Below are positions 20,801 through 33,847 of a stretch of 64,000 nucleotides of DNA, in pieces (the stretch's first letter is position 1; each line of letters starts with the position of its first letter). The notes beneath the pieces were generated by a model. The model was not told the DNA's origin, searched no databases, and saw only the letters and a list, made by a program, of their open reading frames with translations. The DNA comes from Callorhinchus milii (lineage: Eukaryota). The stretch spans positions 248,001-312,000 of the forward strand of contig NW_024704743.1 of assembly GCF_018977255.1 (NCBI RefSeq). The letters are read 5' to 3'. The position numbers and the translations under genes are program-made.

Positions 20801-20954
20801 TGAAAGCAGACCCACTGGGGGGAACGTGGCAAGCGATGTCACCGACCTTTTCGACCCACTCAGTCAAGATCCCAACCCCGGCACGGAACCCAGCCAGCAA
20901 CCCAACAGCAGCCCCAACTCTGCTGACCTCTTGGACTTCGAAGACCGTGGTTAA
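17874..20954 (+). CDS. XIRP1: LIM-domain exon 2 / terminal exon (LNGYASMKGDFYCIPHFQQLLKS...KLKITWPP...acidic tail), with a 1-nt frameshift near 18190-18230
   Basis: Acceptor ttctattccag in phase 2 completes C-x2-C-x17-C-x2-H. The LIM frame stops at 18354, while the -1 frame is open from 18189 to 20954 (contains the 848-aa ORF 18408-20954). Confidence 0.7.
19866..20591 (+). repeat. Coding 33-bp (11-aa) tandem repeat, 22 units, (L/P)EK(S/A)QE(K/Q)(I/K)(T/V)(S/F)D
   Basis: Counted from the translated ORF 18408-20954; higher-order period of three units. Confidence 0.93.
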
Positions 20955-21526
20955 TCTGCAGAGCAATTCACAGTCCACCAAAAAATTACTTTGAGCCTTG
21001 TAACTGTTTAAGGAAAACCTCAATGTGTTATCTATTTCTCACACCCCACTCCTCGACCTGCGACCCGCTTTGCTTGGCTGGCTCCAACCTCCTGCTTGTC
21101 CCTCGTCCCCTCCACTCCACCATTGCATTTCAGCCACTACGCCCCCAAAACTCTGGAACTCCCTTCTTTGTGTGTCTTCAGATCAAATCTGAAGACCTTC
21201 CTCTTTGACCGCACTTACTGGCTCAGCTTCAGGCTCTGCCACTGTTCACTCTCCGAGTCGCTACCCTGCGTGAAGGGCGCTGTGTAAATGCAAGTTGTTG
21301 TTCATCCTCAACCAATGTTCATCCTTAATCATTTAGTCACGAGAGTATCAGTTAGAAGACAGTCCTTCAACCCATATGATCTCATCCTTTCACATACTAC
21401 CGTCCACTCACTACACCATTGAACAGTTTATTAAACGACACAGTAGGAGGTGACTGGAAGGTATCAATGTAAGACAGTTTGCAAATTAGCCCACGGGAGA
21501 GGTTAGGAGGATGTTTTTCTATGGAC

Positions 21527-21872
21527 AATAATAATCCTTGCGTTTGATATAGTGGCTTATCACGTCTTCGAGATGTCTCAAAGCGCTTCACAGAATATAC
21601 CGTACAGCGAATTGACTGTGTATTTTGTGGGCGAAACGCAGCAGCCAATCGTGCACAGCAGCGTCCCCACAAACAGTCGCGGATTGAGTGACATTTTTTT
21701 CAAGGGATTATTACCCCTGGAAAGCGATCTGACAATCAATTAACAACCGGGTTCCTACTTACTGCTGAGTAAACAGAGGCGCGTGGAGTAAGGAAACGTG
21801 CCCAAGGTTTGCGAGTCAAACCCGGGTCCCCTCACTTGCGAAGTGAGCGTGATAACCACTGCACTACAGGAC
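21527..21872 (-). mobile_element. tRNA-derived SINE
   Basis: Reverse complement of the family, from tail to head (ctacaggac). Confidence 0.85.
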
Positions 21873-24836
21873 TATTCAGCCCATCAGCCATCAGCTAGAG
21901 TGCTCTAACCAATATATTACTTGGATTGTAAGCTCAACAAATGCAGGCTTGAACCTGCCAACACGTTGACGAACCCCCAGCATTACCTCTGATCCGGTTT
22001 GTCTCCACTATAAATGCCAGGCAATGAATCGATGTCTCGTTGGCCATCTCCACATGAACGACAAGAGAATCCCGGACTCTGCTCATTAAAAATCCAGTGG
22101 AAGACCACCGAGCGATTCAGTCTCCATAATTACAGCTGCGGGAAGGAAACGGGACCGGGAACTGTGCCGTCTCCCCGTGAAAAAAAAGACTCAATCCCGT
22201 CGTGTTAATATTGTTGAGCTGAGCTAGACCACTCGGGACAGTTTGTGACAGTGACGCTCAGTAGGAACTGGAGGAGGTCATTCAGCCCCTTGAGCCTGTT
22301 CCGCCATTCTATTAGATCCTGGCTGATCCGTACCTCAACTCCAATAGCCCACCTTCGCTCCATATCCCTTGACACCCTGACCTAACAAACACCTCTCCAC
22401 CTAAGCCTCGAACATTTCAATTGAACCAACATCCAAAGCCTTTTGAGGGAGAGTTCCGGATTTCCACTACACTTTTGCGGGAAGAACGGCTGTTAAATCA
22501 TTAAATAGTTGACGCTGATCGATAATGTGACTCGGTTTTCCTTTATGTAAACGTTAAACCTTGATCACCGTGCATCGAAATGTATCACAAAGTTTCGATG
22601 GATTATTAATAATATTCCTTACATTTGGCACAGCGTCGCTCACGTTCGAGAGGATATCCCAAAGTGCTTCACAGGATATAATGTAAAGTGCAGGAGCCAA
22701 CTTATGCACTATTCCTCCAGCGCTGCATTGGAGCGTCAGCTTAGACGATGTGATTCCAAGTCCCTACGCGTGGCTTGAACCCACAACCGTGACCCTTTAT
22801 GAGTTGAGAGCGCCACCACTGAGCTAGGCTGACACGTGCAGTGTAGTGACTGTATTTTATAGGAAACAATATCGCAACAGAAAAGGAATAAAGAAAATTA
22901 AGACCAGCAGAGGCGATTTGGCCCATTGAGCCCACTCCACCACCACGTTCCCATACTCCTCCTTCTCTTACTGATATATTTAGTGCACTTCACTTAATTG
23001 CATAATTCACTTAATTGCATGATAGCCCTTCAATTTCATTCATAACAGCACAATTGCACTGGTTGAGGAATTGACCTCGTGGGTGTGTGTGTGTGGCAGA
23101 GAGTGAGAGGAAGAGAGCCAGAGTGTCAGATAGGTGAGCCAAAAGAAAGGCAACAACAACTTGCATTTATATAGTACTCTTCACGTCGGGAGGACAACCC
23201 AAGGCAGCGCAGTGACTAGAGTGTAGCACCACTAAAGAAATTGTGGTAAGTGCGTACTCCCTATAATTGCATCCGGTCCCGATTCCATGCAATTATACAG
23301 AGTGCTCTGTAACGCTTTCTAACTCTTGACGTCTGACTCTTCATCTATGGATCTTTGATGGAAGTTGCTCAACATTGTTATAAGATTCCGACTCCCTGTA
23401 CTGTAGTGGTGCCTCACAAGCGAGAGGACCTGGGTTCGATTCTCAGGGATTGAAACCATAGCCAAGTTTCCTTACTCCACAGGCCTCGGTTTACCTGGCA
23501 GTAAGTAGGAACCTGGTTGTTAGTCAATTGGCGGATCGCTTTCTGGGGGTAATAATCCCTCCACTTCAAAAAAAATAATAATTGGGTCACTCAATCCACA
23601 ATGTTTGTGGGAAGACTACTGTGCTGCTACGTTTCGCCCATAAAATATATCCTGTGGATGGCTTTGAGATATTTCAAAGATATAAGACGCTGTATCAAAT
23701 GCAAGGGTGATGATTATTGCCTATACAATACCAAATTATATTTGTATAATGCCTTTCACGGCGGGAGGACGTCCCAAGGTGCTGGGCAGTCAGGGATTTG
23801 GACCCGAGCTGGGATAGGGTTGGGATCAGGTTTGGGTGGAGGGCAGCCGAAGGCACAGTTGAAGAGGAGGGTCTTAAGATATGCCTTGAGGGAGTCGAGG
23901 GAGGGAGCGAGGCGAGGGGACTGTGGGATGGAGTTCCAAAGGGAAAAGGCTGAGAAGCTGAAGGACCGACTGCTGATGGTGAGGTGGGCAGGGCTGGGGA
24001 TGTGGAGCAGGCCAGAGACTGCTGAGCGGACATTGGGTGTTTACCCGTGGCCTCCAACCGCAACACTGGAGAGCCATCAGCTCTAACCCACAGCTTCATA
24101 CCAGGCACATAGGCTGTTCTACTCCAAGGACCGACAGGGGGCTCTGCAGCCAGAGAACGAGCAGCTCCCAGCGAGCCACCAATCAACTGATAACCGTGTC
24201 CCTGTTTACTGCTGGGTAAACAGAGGCGTGCGGGTGGAGTAAGGAAACTTGCCTATGGAATGCGCCCCATCACCCAGGAGGGACCCACCCTGATTACCTA
24301 ATCTCAGAGAGTATTGGCGAGAACCCAGCCTTGGAGCCCCCCCGAGTGTGCACTAACTGCTGGAGTTCAACCAGCTACACCGGGTCAGGAACGTCATGGA
24401 GGCAGTCAGTTGAGGTGTTCGGGCAGAAGACAGATGGGTACTTGGAACAATAGCAATAATCCTTATGTTTGAGATAGCGCCTTATCTTGTCGTAGAGATG
24501 TCTCAAAGCGCTTCACAGAATATATTGGAAAGAGAATTTACCATATTTTGTGGGCGAAAAACGCGGCAGCCAATTGCGTACAGCAGCGTCCCACAAACAG
24601 CCGGTTATAGTTTTCGAAAGGGAACTGGATACGTACTGAAAAAGTGCTATGGGGTAAGAACGGGGGAGTGGGGATGAGTTGGTAGCCCTTTCAAAGAACC
24701 AGCACAGGGACAGTAGGCCGAATGGCCTCCTTCTGTGCTGTAAGATTCTACGATCCTAATTGACTGACCAAATTATTATTATTTATTTTGGAAGGGTTAT
24801 TACCCCTCCGCACCCTCAACGGTAGGGGTACACGTG

Positions 24837-25150
24837 GAGTCCTGTAGCTCAGTGGTTAGAGCACTCGCTTTGCAAGCGAGAGGACCCGGGTTCGATTCCC
24901 GGCAGAGGGCGAAACCTTGGGCAAGTTTCCTTACCCCACACGCCTGGTAATAATCCCTCAAGAAAATAAAATAATAAAAATGTGATCACTTTAATCCACG
25001 GCTATTTGTGGGGACGCTGCTGTGCGCAATTGGCTGCCGCGTTTCACCCGCAAAATATAGTCAATTCACTTTACAGTATATTCTGTGAAGCGCTTTGAGA
25101 CGTCTCGAAGACATGAAAAAGCGCAGTATCAAATGCAAGGAGTATTATAT
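24837..25150 (+). mobile_element. tRNA(Ala)-derived SINE, representative copy of the dominant family (dozens of copies and fragments in the window)
   Basis: A box TAGCTCAGTGG, anticodon arm ctcgc-ttTGCaa-gcgag and B box GGTTCGATTCC. Deu-domain-like tttgtggg..tgctgtgcgcaattggctgccgcgtttc, then an L2-like 3' end (tgaagcgctttgagacgtc...aaatgcaag). Confidence 0.9.
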
Positions 25151-26448
25151 TCTATGAGGACGCTTGAGGATATGAAGGTAGGAAAATAGATTGGAACATT
25201 TCAACAAAATGGAACTGGCTCCTTCCATTTCTGTGATAATCCTCGTATTTCTTACAGCGCCTTTCACATCGGGAGGACGTCCCCTTGACAGGGTTACTGC
25301 AAAGTGCTATGACCATTTGGTAGGTGGGCACAGCAGCCGATTTGTACACAGAATGTCCTGCGAACAGCGTTGAAGCGAATAATTGATTTTATCTGCAACA
25401 ACTTGCACTTACGTAGCGTCTCTGAGCACTTATCTAGAGTAAGCCTTGCATTTGGTATAGTGCCTCAGTACTTCGGAAGGAAGTCTCAAAGCGCATCGCA
25501 GGATTTACTTTAAAATGCAGTGACTGTATTTGTAGGCGAACGAGGCAGCTAATTGCACAGAGTGAGTGACCAATTTTATTTTGGGGTTTGTCGGTCAGGA
25601 CAACGGGAGAGAAGCTCCCTCCTCTTTTCAAATAGCGCCGTGAGATCTTTAACGTCCGCCTGAACAGGCAGACGGGACCTCGGTTTAAAGTCCCATCCTC
25701 AGGACGGTGGGATCGTTGGCCAGGACACTTTTTTTTAATAATAATCCTTGCATTTAACACAGCACCTTATCACGTTGTTGAGAACAACAACAACAACAAC
25801 AAGATTCCATTTATAGAGCGCCTTTCACGTCAGGAGGACGTCCCAAGGCGCTGCACAGTTGGGTCATGACCCGAGCAGGGGGGAAATGGTCAGGGTGAGG
25901 GGAGGGAAGGGAGGGAGCGAGGAGGGGGGAAATGGTCAGGGTGAGGGGAGGGAAGGGAGGGAGCGAGGAGGAGGAAGAGAGTCGAGAGGGGAGCTGAAGG
26001 CACGGTCAAAGAGAAGTCTCAAAACGCTTCACAGGCTATACTACAAAGTGAATTGAGCTGTGTATTTTGTGGGCGGAACGCGGCAGCCAATTACCCACAG
26101 CAGCGTCTCACAAACAGTCATGGGTTGAGTGACCAAATTTGTTTTTGGAGGAATTATTACTCCAGAAAGCGATCCACCAACCAATTAACAACTGGGTTCC
26201 TACTTACTGCTAGGCAAACAGAGGCGTGAGGAGTAAGGAAACTTGTCTGAGGGATAGAATCCGTGTCCTCTCGCTTGCGAGGCGAGCACGTTAACCACTA
26301 CGCTACAAGACTTCTCGAAGCTCATTCTGAACCCACAACCTTCTGATACGAGTGGTGCGACACACCGGACCGTATCTGTGACCCAAACGCCCACCGAGGG
26401 CTGGCAAACCCCCCACCTTTAAACAGCACGATAGGAGATTGTTTGCTC

Positions 26449-26454
26449 TTTATT
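26449..26454 (-). terminator. Candidate OXSR1 polyadenylation signal (implies a 3'UTR of about 3.2 kb)
   Basis: TTTATT on + (AATAAA on -) at the end of an AT-rich, non-repetitive stretch. Other candidates exist near 27080 and 28226. Confidence 0.4.
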
Positions 26455-28789
26455 GATTAAAAGGAATCAGGAAAATCATGCAATAAAAACCCAAAGGATA
26501 ATCATGTTTTTTTTTTAAAAAGTCACGATATTTTACACCTTTGTTGAGTTAGAATAAGAAATGACACCAAATTGTGTTAACCTCAGCAATCACCTCTCCA
26601 GTTATAGGTGTTAATAAGTAAAGCCACACCTTAACCTTAACTCCCCCGCTCCCCCCCAAAAAAAAGTTATTGAAAACCATGTAAGTGGATGGTGTGAAAA
26701 GTCCCACAACCTTCTGCGTTGGAAGACAATTCACAAAATGGTGGACATATTCACTGCAGTTTCATTTCTCTTCAAATCTTATGCGGAGCCGCTAACTGTT
26801 TTTTGTTTGGTCAGCCGGACGGGTGTCTTGACACATGTGGAAACCCGTCGCTTAAGAGTCTCCAAACCCAAGTGAGAATTCCATACATCATCCCCGCCCA
26901 CACACGGAAATTCCAGATTGGCAAGACCCAAGGCTTCGGGACCCCAGAGTGTTCATCAAAGCCACTAACAAATGTCAAGGCTAACAGTTATTCCCCCCCC
27001 AACCCCAATTTAAAGTAATACTAAACAAATGCGCTGTATGTAAACATGCGTTGGATTACATCAATCACCTCTACGTGCATTTATTCCCAAATTATTTCAC
27101 CTCATCGTATACAGTCGTGCTTGCTTTCAAATGATCCATTTGAGTTCCTTCCCCCATTTCCCCCCCGCCCCTTCTCCGGAACTCTTTTCTCTCCTCTGCC
27201 CTCCCCAACAACCCCCACCCCACCGCGGAACAAACAAAGACAAAACACCTAAATCACCAGTGTGTGAGAGGATGTAGTTTTCCAGTGTGTACTAGAGAGA
27301 TCACCATTGACATCAAGGCATGGTGCAAGCCATCACCCGAAAACAGTGCAAATCCCCACCTTTTGCCCCAGCTCTCATTGACAAGCAACAAGCCAACTCT
27401 GGGTTGTCTCATCAGCAGTGCCCTGGAGTACTGCAGACCCGACTGGCTCAGGAATCGGACTAGAGACCATCACAGAGGGTAGACTTGGTTTTGGACTTCC
27501 ATTGCCAAGCACATCACCTTGGAGCCAACTCAGCTCCAGAAAAGATTCCACCTACTTTCCCCCAACTCCCCTCCAAACCATGGGCAGGTCTCTTGGCTCC
27601 CGCTGCTATGATTCCCGCTGCTCACCTCTCCTATCGCAACCCACCCCACCCCACTCCCCCCAAAGTTCTCGCTGAGCCTTCAGTCACCAGGTATCTACTT
27701 TGACTCAGTTTGATTCTTGGGAGCAGAAGGCGTCATCTTATTTGTTGTAAATAATTAATAACCCTTAAATTTGATACAGCGCCTTATCAAGTTGTCGAGA
27801 CGTCTCAAAGCACATCACAGAATATATTGTGAAGTGCAGTGACTGTGTATTTTGTGGGCGTAACGTGGCAGATAATTGCGAACAGCAGTGTCCCACAAAG
27901 TCATGGACTGAGTGACTGAATAATTTTTTGGGGTGGGGGGTGAGAGCAATCTTCTGCCTTCGGTATTCAAACAATTACAGTTCCCGTACAGATATATATG
28001 GTTACTGACAATGTAATTACACTCAGTATATTGTGTGGAGCACTTTGAGACGTCTCAATGACGTGATAAGGCACTATATCAAATGCGAGGATTATTATTA
28101 TAATTCCAGCTCGCCCTATTTGTACAGCCAGCCAAGATCTTGTTATATTTGGCTCAAGCTCATTCAGACTCCTATAAGTGTCTTACAGTGACAGGCACTG
28201 GATTTACACTCCGCAATAGTTAGTATTTATTATCATTGGCAAAATAAATTGGCTCCAAAGTGGCAGTGATTTCATCACTCCCACACACTCCGCGTCCAAA
28301 CCCAACCCCACTCGGATTCTGTCATTAATAATCTTGTTTCATTTGGATTCTAAATTGATCGGTTATTGGAAAATTTTAAGTCGAGAAGACTTGCCATCAT
28401 TGGGACAAACTCGAACGCTCCAGAGATTTCACATCAGGTGCTATACACCCCCTTCGCACGCGCATTTACACACACACGCACTTACGCTCATGAAGAGACT
28501 TTGTTTCCCATTGCCAAAGACCACTCCGGATCATCATCGTCACAAAGTATAATAATAATAATCTTTTGCAAGAAAAAAAATTAAGTGTTCCTTTTGATTA
28601 GTTTCCAAAAACAAATCATCTGTACTGATGTTACAGAATTCGGCCGAGTCACTGAACCACATAGTCTAATGCATTGAGAGTCTACGAACTACTGCGGGGG
28701 GGGGGGGGGGGGGGGGGGCGGAGGGAAGGGGTTGAGCCAGATTTAGGGGGAGGGACACAATGAGGGGTGGGGCTAGGATTGGGGGAAGG

Positions 28790-29290
28790 CCGAATGGAGG
28801 GATGGAGCCGGTGGTGGTGGAGGGGCAGAGGGACGGGTGGAGTCGGTGGTGAGGGAGGGGCAGAGGGAGGGGTGGAGCCTGTGATGGGGGAGGGGCAGAG
28901 GGAGGCGTGGAGCTGCAGTGGAGGAGGGGCAGAGGGAGGGGTGGAGCCAGTAGTGGGGGAGGGGCAAAGGGAGGGGTGGAGCTGGTGGTCGGGGCGGGGC
29001 AGAGGGAGGGGTGGAGTCAGTGGTGAGGGTGGGGCAGAGGGAGGGGTGGAGCTGGTGGTCAGGGCGGGGCAGAGGGAGGGGTGGAGTCAGTGGTGAGGGT
29101 GGGGCAGAGCTGGTGGTCGGGGCGGGGCAGATGGAGGGGCGGAGTCAGTGGTGAGGGTGGGGCAGAGGGAGGGGTGGAGCTAGTGGTCAGGGCGGAGCAG
29201 AGGGAAGGGCGGAGTCGGTGGTGAGGGTGGGGCAGAGGGAAGGGTGGAGCTGGTGGTGAGGGTGGGGCAGAGGGAGGGGTGGAGCCAACA
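28790..29290. repeat. G-rich degenerate minisatellite (GGGGCAGAGGGAGGGGTGGAG...) in the probable OXSR1 3'UTR
   Basis: About 35-bp recurring unit, directly visible. Confidence 0.85.
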
Positions 29291-29654
29291 GGGGGGAGTG
29301 GGGGGGGGGGTGGGGGAAGAGAGAGAAAAACTAATCTCTCTGATCAGTAGTCAGTCAAAAATAAGGCAATTAAAAAAAGATGGATGTGAACGCTGCCCGT
29401 TGAGAGCCCAGACGGTTGGATATTGCATGCAGTAAGTAACCTAGTAAAGCACTTGATGCTCCATCACTTATGTAGTCCAAACACTCCAATCACTTCCTAT
29501 TACGCTGAGTTTGCAGCAAGTGGGGTTTGTGCCTCACAGGAGGTGAGCACGGAGACCCACCCCCCACATGTACCAAATACGTCGCTCTTTGGCAGAAGTC
29601 GCTTCCGTTTTTAGGCCAATACCAGTGAGATACCCATTCACAGACCGGGTTCAG

Positions 29655-29685
<31 letters not shown>

Positions 29686-29690
29686 GCGAT

Positions 29691-29765
29691 TTAACTAATG
29701 GTAAGTTGTGCAAATCCTATGAGTTTAATGTCGTCTGGTAGATCGGATTCTTCCGCCCCGCAGGC
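29691..29765 (-). CDS. OXSR1: OXSR1 last coding exon (ACGAEESDLPDDIKLIGFAQLTIS*)
   Basis: cccacag acceptor, conserved KLIGFAQL C-terminus, TAA stop at 29693-29691. Confidence 0.95.
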   Translation of the reverse strand, partial: ACGAEESDLPDDIKLIGFAQLTIS

Positions 29766-29936
29766 CTGTGGGTTTGAGGAAAGAATGAGGCGGTTTATTT
29801 CCAACTCGGGTTTGACTTTCCGCAAATATTAATAATAATTGTTATTTTTATTAACGCCAAGTATATAGTTTGGGTCACGACATGCCATGCGACTGCCAGG
29901 AAGGCGAGAGGCGAACTAGAGCCAGCCTATACTCAC

Positions 29937-30001
29937 CAATTTGAAGGTGACTGATCTATTGGTAGCTGGTTCGTCAACTATTTTCTGTAGATTTGCTGCA
30001 A
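29937..30001 (-). CDS. OXSR1: OXSR1 exon 17 (VAANLQKIVDEPATNRSVTFKL)
   Basis: 65 bp, AG/GT boundaries. Confidence 0.95.
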
Positions 30002-30633
30002 CTGAAAAGAGAAAGAACATTTCAGTCATAAAACAACAACAACTTGCATTTACACAGTGTTCTTCAGTGCCTCGGAGCACTTACTAGTGGCATAGCCTGA
30101 TGGCGAGGCAGGGGGTGGGGGGGGGGGGGGGGGGGGGGGGAGAGGAAGGTCTTTAGGTGCGATCTGAAAAAAGGGAAGGAAGGGGCAAGCTGGAGGGAGA
30201 AAGTTACAAAGTTTTGGGGGCATAGTGGCCGACGTCTCAAAGAGCTTCTCAGGACATATTGTAAAGCGGTTTGACGGTGTATTGGGCGAAACATGGCAGC
30301 CAATTGCACACGGCAGCGTCCCACTAATGGTCATTTTTTTGGGAGGGCTTATTACTGCTGGAAAGCAATCCGCCAATTGACTAACAACCTACTTACTGCT
30401 AGGTAAACAAAGACATGTGTGTGTGTGTGTGTGTGTGGGGGTAAGGAAACTTGGGTCTAAGCTTTCGCCCTGCCCGGAAATCAAACCTGGGTCCTCTCGC
30501 TTGCAAGGCAAGCGCTCTAACCACTGAGCTATAGGACGATGCTCAAACCAGGAGCACATTCATCGTCCTGTATGTGTCTATTGTAATGTTCGAGAGACGC
30601 AATGGTGCAGTGTCTTTGTGCTGAGCATTGCTC

Positions 30634-31100
30634 TCATTGCTTGACCCCCAAATAGGCTTTGCTGGCTTGGAGGCCATGAATGAAAGGTAGGACAGAACCT
30701 TGAAGGTTGAGCAGGGAGGAGGATTGAGTGGTCCACGGTATCAAAGGCAGAGGGAGCCCCGGTCGCACATGGTCAGGATGTCCTTTGTGACCTTGACCAG
30801 AGCAGTTTCTGGTGGGCAGCACGGAAACCCGATTGGAGGGGGTCATAGAGGAAGTGAAAGGAGAGGAAAGAGTAAAGCTGGGAGGCAACGGCTCTCTCAA
30901 GGACCTTGGTTAGGAAGGGGAGATTTGAGATGGGCCGGTAGCTGGCTAGCTGTGATGGGTAAAGGGAAGGTTTCTTCAAGGTGGGGATGATAGTGGCTGT
31001 TTTAACGGTGCCAGATGACAGGGAGAGCTTAATGATGTTGGCGAGTAGTGGGGCAAGGAGGTGGAGCTGGGATTTAAGAAGAGCAAAGGGTAAGGGCAGG
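30634..31100 (-). mobile_element. L2-clade LINE ORF2 (reverse transcriptase) fragment, degraded
   Basis: SYRPISNLPFLTKVLERAVASQL...DPLQSGFR, and SAFDTVDHSIL in another frame. Confidence 0.88.
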
Positions 31101-32078
31101 AGAAAACATCTCCTGCTAAGGATTGCTAAGGTTGGAAGCGGGGTGGTTCAGGGTGGGGTAGGTCATTCAGTGAATCTATAGAGATCGGGATCCCGGGATC
31201 CGTTACTGTGAAGCGCTCTGAGACGCCGTCTGGCGTGGAGGGAGCTATATAAATCCAAGTTGTTGTTATTGTTGTAGAGATGGATCATACAGAGGTGGAA
31301 GCGGTGGTCTACATGACCAGCTCTGCGCCCCCCCCCCCGCCCTAAACTGCAACCCAAACCGCGTTGTACGGCAGGCAGAGGAAAGAACATGCGAGATAGC
31401 ACAGACAGTCACTTTGGAGAATACAATCAACCAACTGCACATCAGCGCAGACATGAAATCATTTTAAATTGCAGCTTTGCGGGTGACAATTATAACCTAA
31501 AACTTCTGAAGTTGATTGGCTTAATGATGGGTTTTCCGGGCTGAGCTGAGCTATGTCTGTGTGGCGTCTTGGCATCAGAGTAGCAAAGGAAGTGGGTAAG
31601 TCAGTCAAATAACAAGTTACGACAACGCAATTCTGGGATTGAAAACCCACGTTTATGATAATAATAATAACAGTCCTTGCGTTTGATATAGTGCCTTATC
31701 ACGCCGTTGACTCTCAAAGTGCTTCACAGGATATATTGTCGAGTGGAGTGACTGTATTATGTGGGCGAAACACGGCAGTTAATCGTGCATAGCAGTGTCT
31801 AACAAAGAACTGTGGATTGAGAGACTAAATTTCTCTTTTATTTGAAGGGATTATTACCCCCGGAAAATGATCCTGCAATCGAGTTCCTACTCACTGCTCG
31901 GTAGACAGAGGCGAGTGGAGCAAAGAAACTTGCCTAAGATTTCGCCCTTCCTGGGAATTGAACCCAGGTCCCTCGCTTAAGAGACGAGTGCTCTAACCAC
32001 TACGCTACACTACACTACGCTAGTTCATTTAACACATTACGACATTGTATTCAGTGCTGGGGTTCGGCTGATACTTAC

Positions 32079-32147
32079 CTATTACCACATCTTTGCCATC
32101 AACAAGTCCTGCTGAGACCAGCTCTTGGGAAACACCATCAGCTGTAT
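32079..32147 (-). CDS. OXSR1: OXSR1 exon 16 ([23 protein letters not shown])
   Basis: 69 bp, CCT domain, AG/GT boundaries. Confidence 0.95.
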
Positions 32148-32729
32148 CTGTGGGAACAATCATAGATCACCCGTTCATTACAGTGACCTTGTTGTCTACT
32201 GTCCTTCAACTTTGTCTTTCTTTCCCCGCCCCTTCTCTGATTCTCCTTAAGCTGCTCCCTTCCAACGTAATAGTAATAATAATCCTTGCATTTGATATAG
32301 CAGCTTATCATGTCTTCAAGAGCGCTCTCAAAGCACTTTACAGAATATACTGTGAAGCGAATTGACTGTACATTTTGTGGGCGAAACGTAGCAGCCAATT
32401 GCACACAGCAGTGTCTCACAAACAGTCCTCAATAGAGTGACCAATTTATTACTTTTTTTTGAAGGGATTATTACCCCCAAAAGAGCGATACATAAATCGA
32501 CTAATTTATGTCGATTAGTCGACATTAACAGAGAGTAATCAGAGAGTAAGGAAACTTGCCTAAGGTTTCGCCCTGCCTGGGAATTGAACCCAGGTCTCTC
32601 GCTTAAGAGGCGAGTGCTCTAACCATAACAGTACTTTGTATTGCAGCTTTGTATTGCAATAGAGTTTTAGGGCCACAGTGTACATTAATCAACAAAATCC
32701 TTGCTTTATACGCAAGACAGGAAACATAC

Positions 32730-32782
32730 CTCTCCCAGGTGTAAATTCAAATCGTATGTCATTCAACTCCTTCTTCAGATTT
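32730..32782 (-). CDS. OXSR1: OXSR1 exon 15 (NLKKELNDIRFEFTPGR)
   Basis: 53 bp, CCT domain ELNDIRFEF. Confidence 0.95.
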
Positions 32783-33027
32783 CTATTTGAAGGAGAGATG
32801 TTCCAATTAATACCAATTAAATAGTAATAAATAATCCTTGCATTTGATATAGTGCCTTATCACATAGTTGAGCCATCGGATAGACCTTCACAGAATATAA
32901 CACGGTGTGTACAGGTGTATAGTGGAAGGGATGTTTGTAGCGCATTTGTAGGGAATTCCGTGGAAATGGTGCGCCCATTATACTCAAACCCGTGTCACAA
33001 CAAAGAGCGGTGAGCAGAACAACTCAC

Positions 33028-33083
33028 CGTAATCTCAGCACAAGGCTGATTGGGGGCTTATGTGCCTCAGACCCAGGAGCAAC
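33028..33083 (-). CDS. OXSR1: OXSR1 exon 14 (VAPGSEAHKPPISLVLRLR)
   Basis: 56 bp, start of the CCT domain (ISLVLRLR), gtgagt donor. Confidence 0.92.
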
Positions 33084-33847
33084 CTGAAAGCAAAAGGTAT
33101 CAGATAAACAGGAGGCTGGGCAGGGGGGAAATCTTCAATACCTGTACAAACAGCGTAAAGTTAAGGCACACATTTCTTTCACCCCGGGGTTAAGGTTCTA
33201 TATATGGTGTAGGCGCTACAGTCTATTCAGACATTCAAGAGGCAGATCTTTAGATCCTCGGTGAGGAAGGTTAACAATAATCCTTGCATTTGACACAGCG
33301 CCTTATCACGGCTTTCAGACGGCTCAAAGCGTTTCACAGGATATACTTTAAAGTCAATTGACCGTATATTTTGTGGGCCAAAACAATACTAAATTACATT
33401 TCCACAGCACCTTTCACGACGGGAGGACGTGGCAGGACGCTGGACAGTCAGGGATTTGCACCCGAGCTGGGGGTTGCGATCAGGAGGCGTGTAATGCAGG
33501 TGTGGGGGGATGCAGAAGGATGAGCACCAGCCAGGCTGAATGTAAACTTATGGAACGGGCTCCCCAGGGAGACAGAAGGTGGAAGCAGAAAATATCATTT
33601 GTTTCAAGAACAAACGAGACAGATTTCTGCTAGAAATATCTGGGGATACAGTATATAGCTTGGGGATCACCATGACAAAGCGACTGACGCGATGGTGGAA
33701 GGCGTAGAAAATTCTTATGTTTCTGAGCTGTGCCTTGTATGAATCGACGAAGCCTGGATGTGAAGGAGGGTGGCGGGGACCCCTGATTGACTTTGGACAA
33801 AGAATGAAGGGCGGACCAGCAGCTGGCTGGAGCGATACGACGTGTAC

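Noticed and set aside
22021..22208. Possible extra terminal XIRP1 exon (GNESMSRWPSP...DSIPSC*) joined from 20949
   Set aside because: The phase is compatible, but the donor (gttaat) is weak and the peptide has no recognisable homology; it needs RNA evidence.
24837..24912. tRNA-Ala-like sequence (also at about 1710, 17552, 34210 and 58327)
   Set aside because: No proper acceptor-stem closure, and each continues into the SINE body. These are SINE heads, not tRNA genes.
27370..27430. Hammerhead-like CTGATGA followed by a short stem on the - strand
   Set aside because: The required GAAA core after stem II is absent and I could not build stems I and III.
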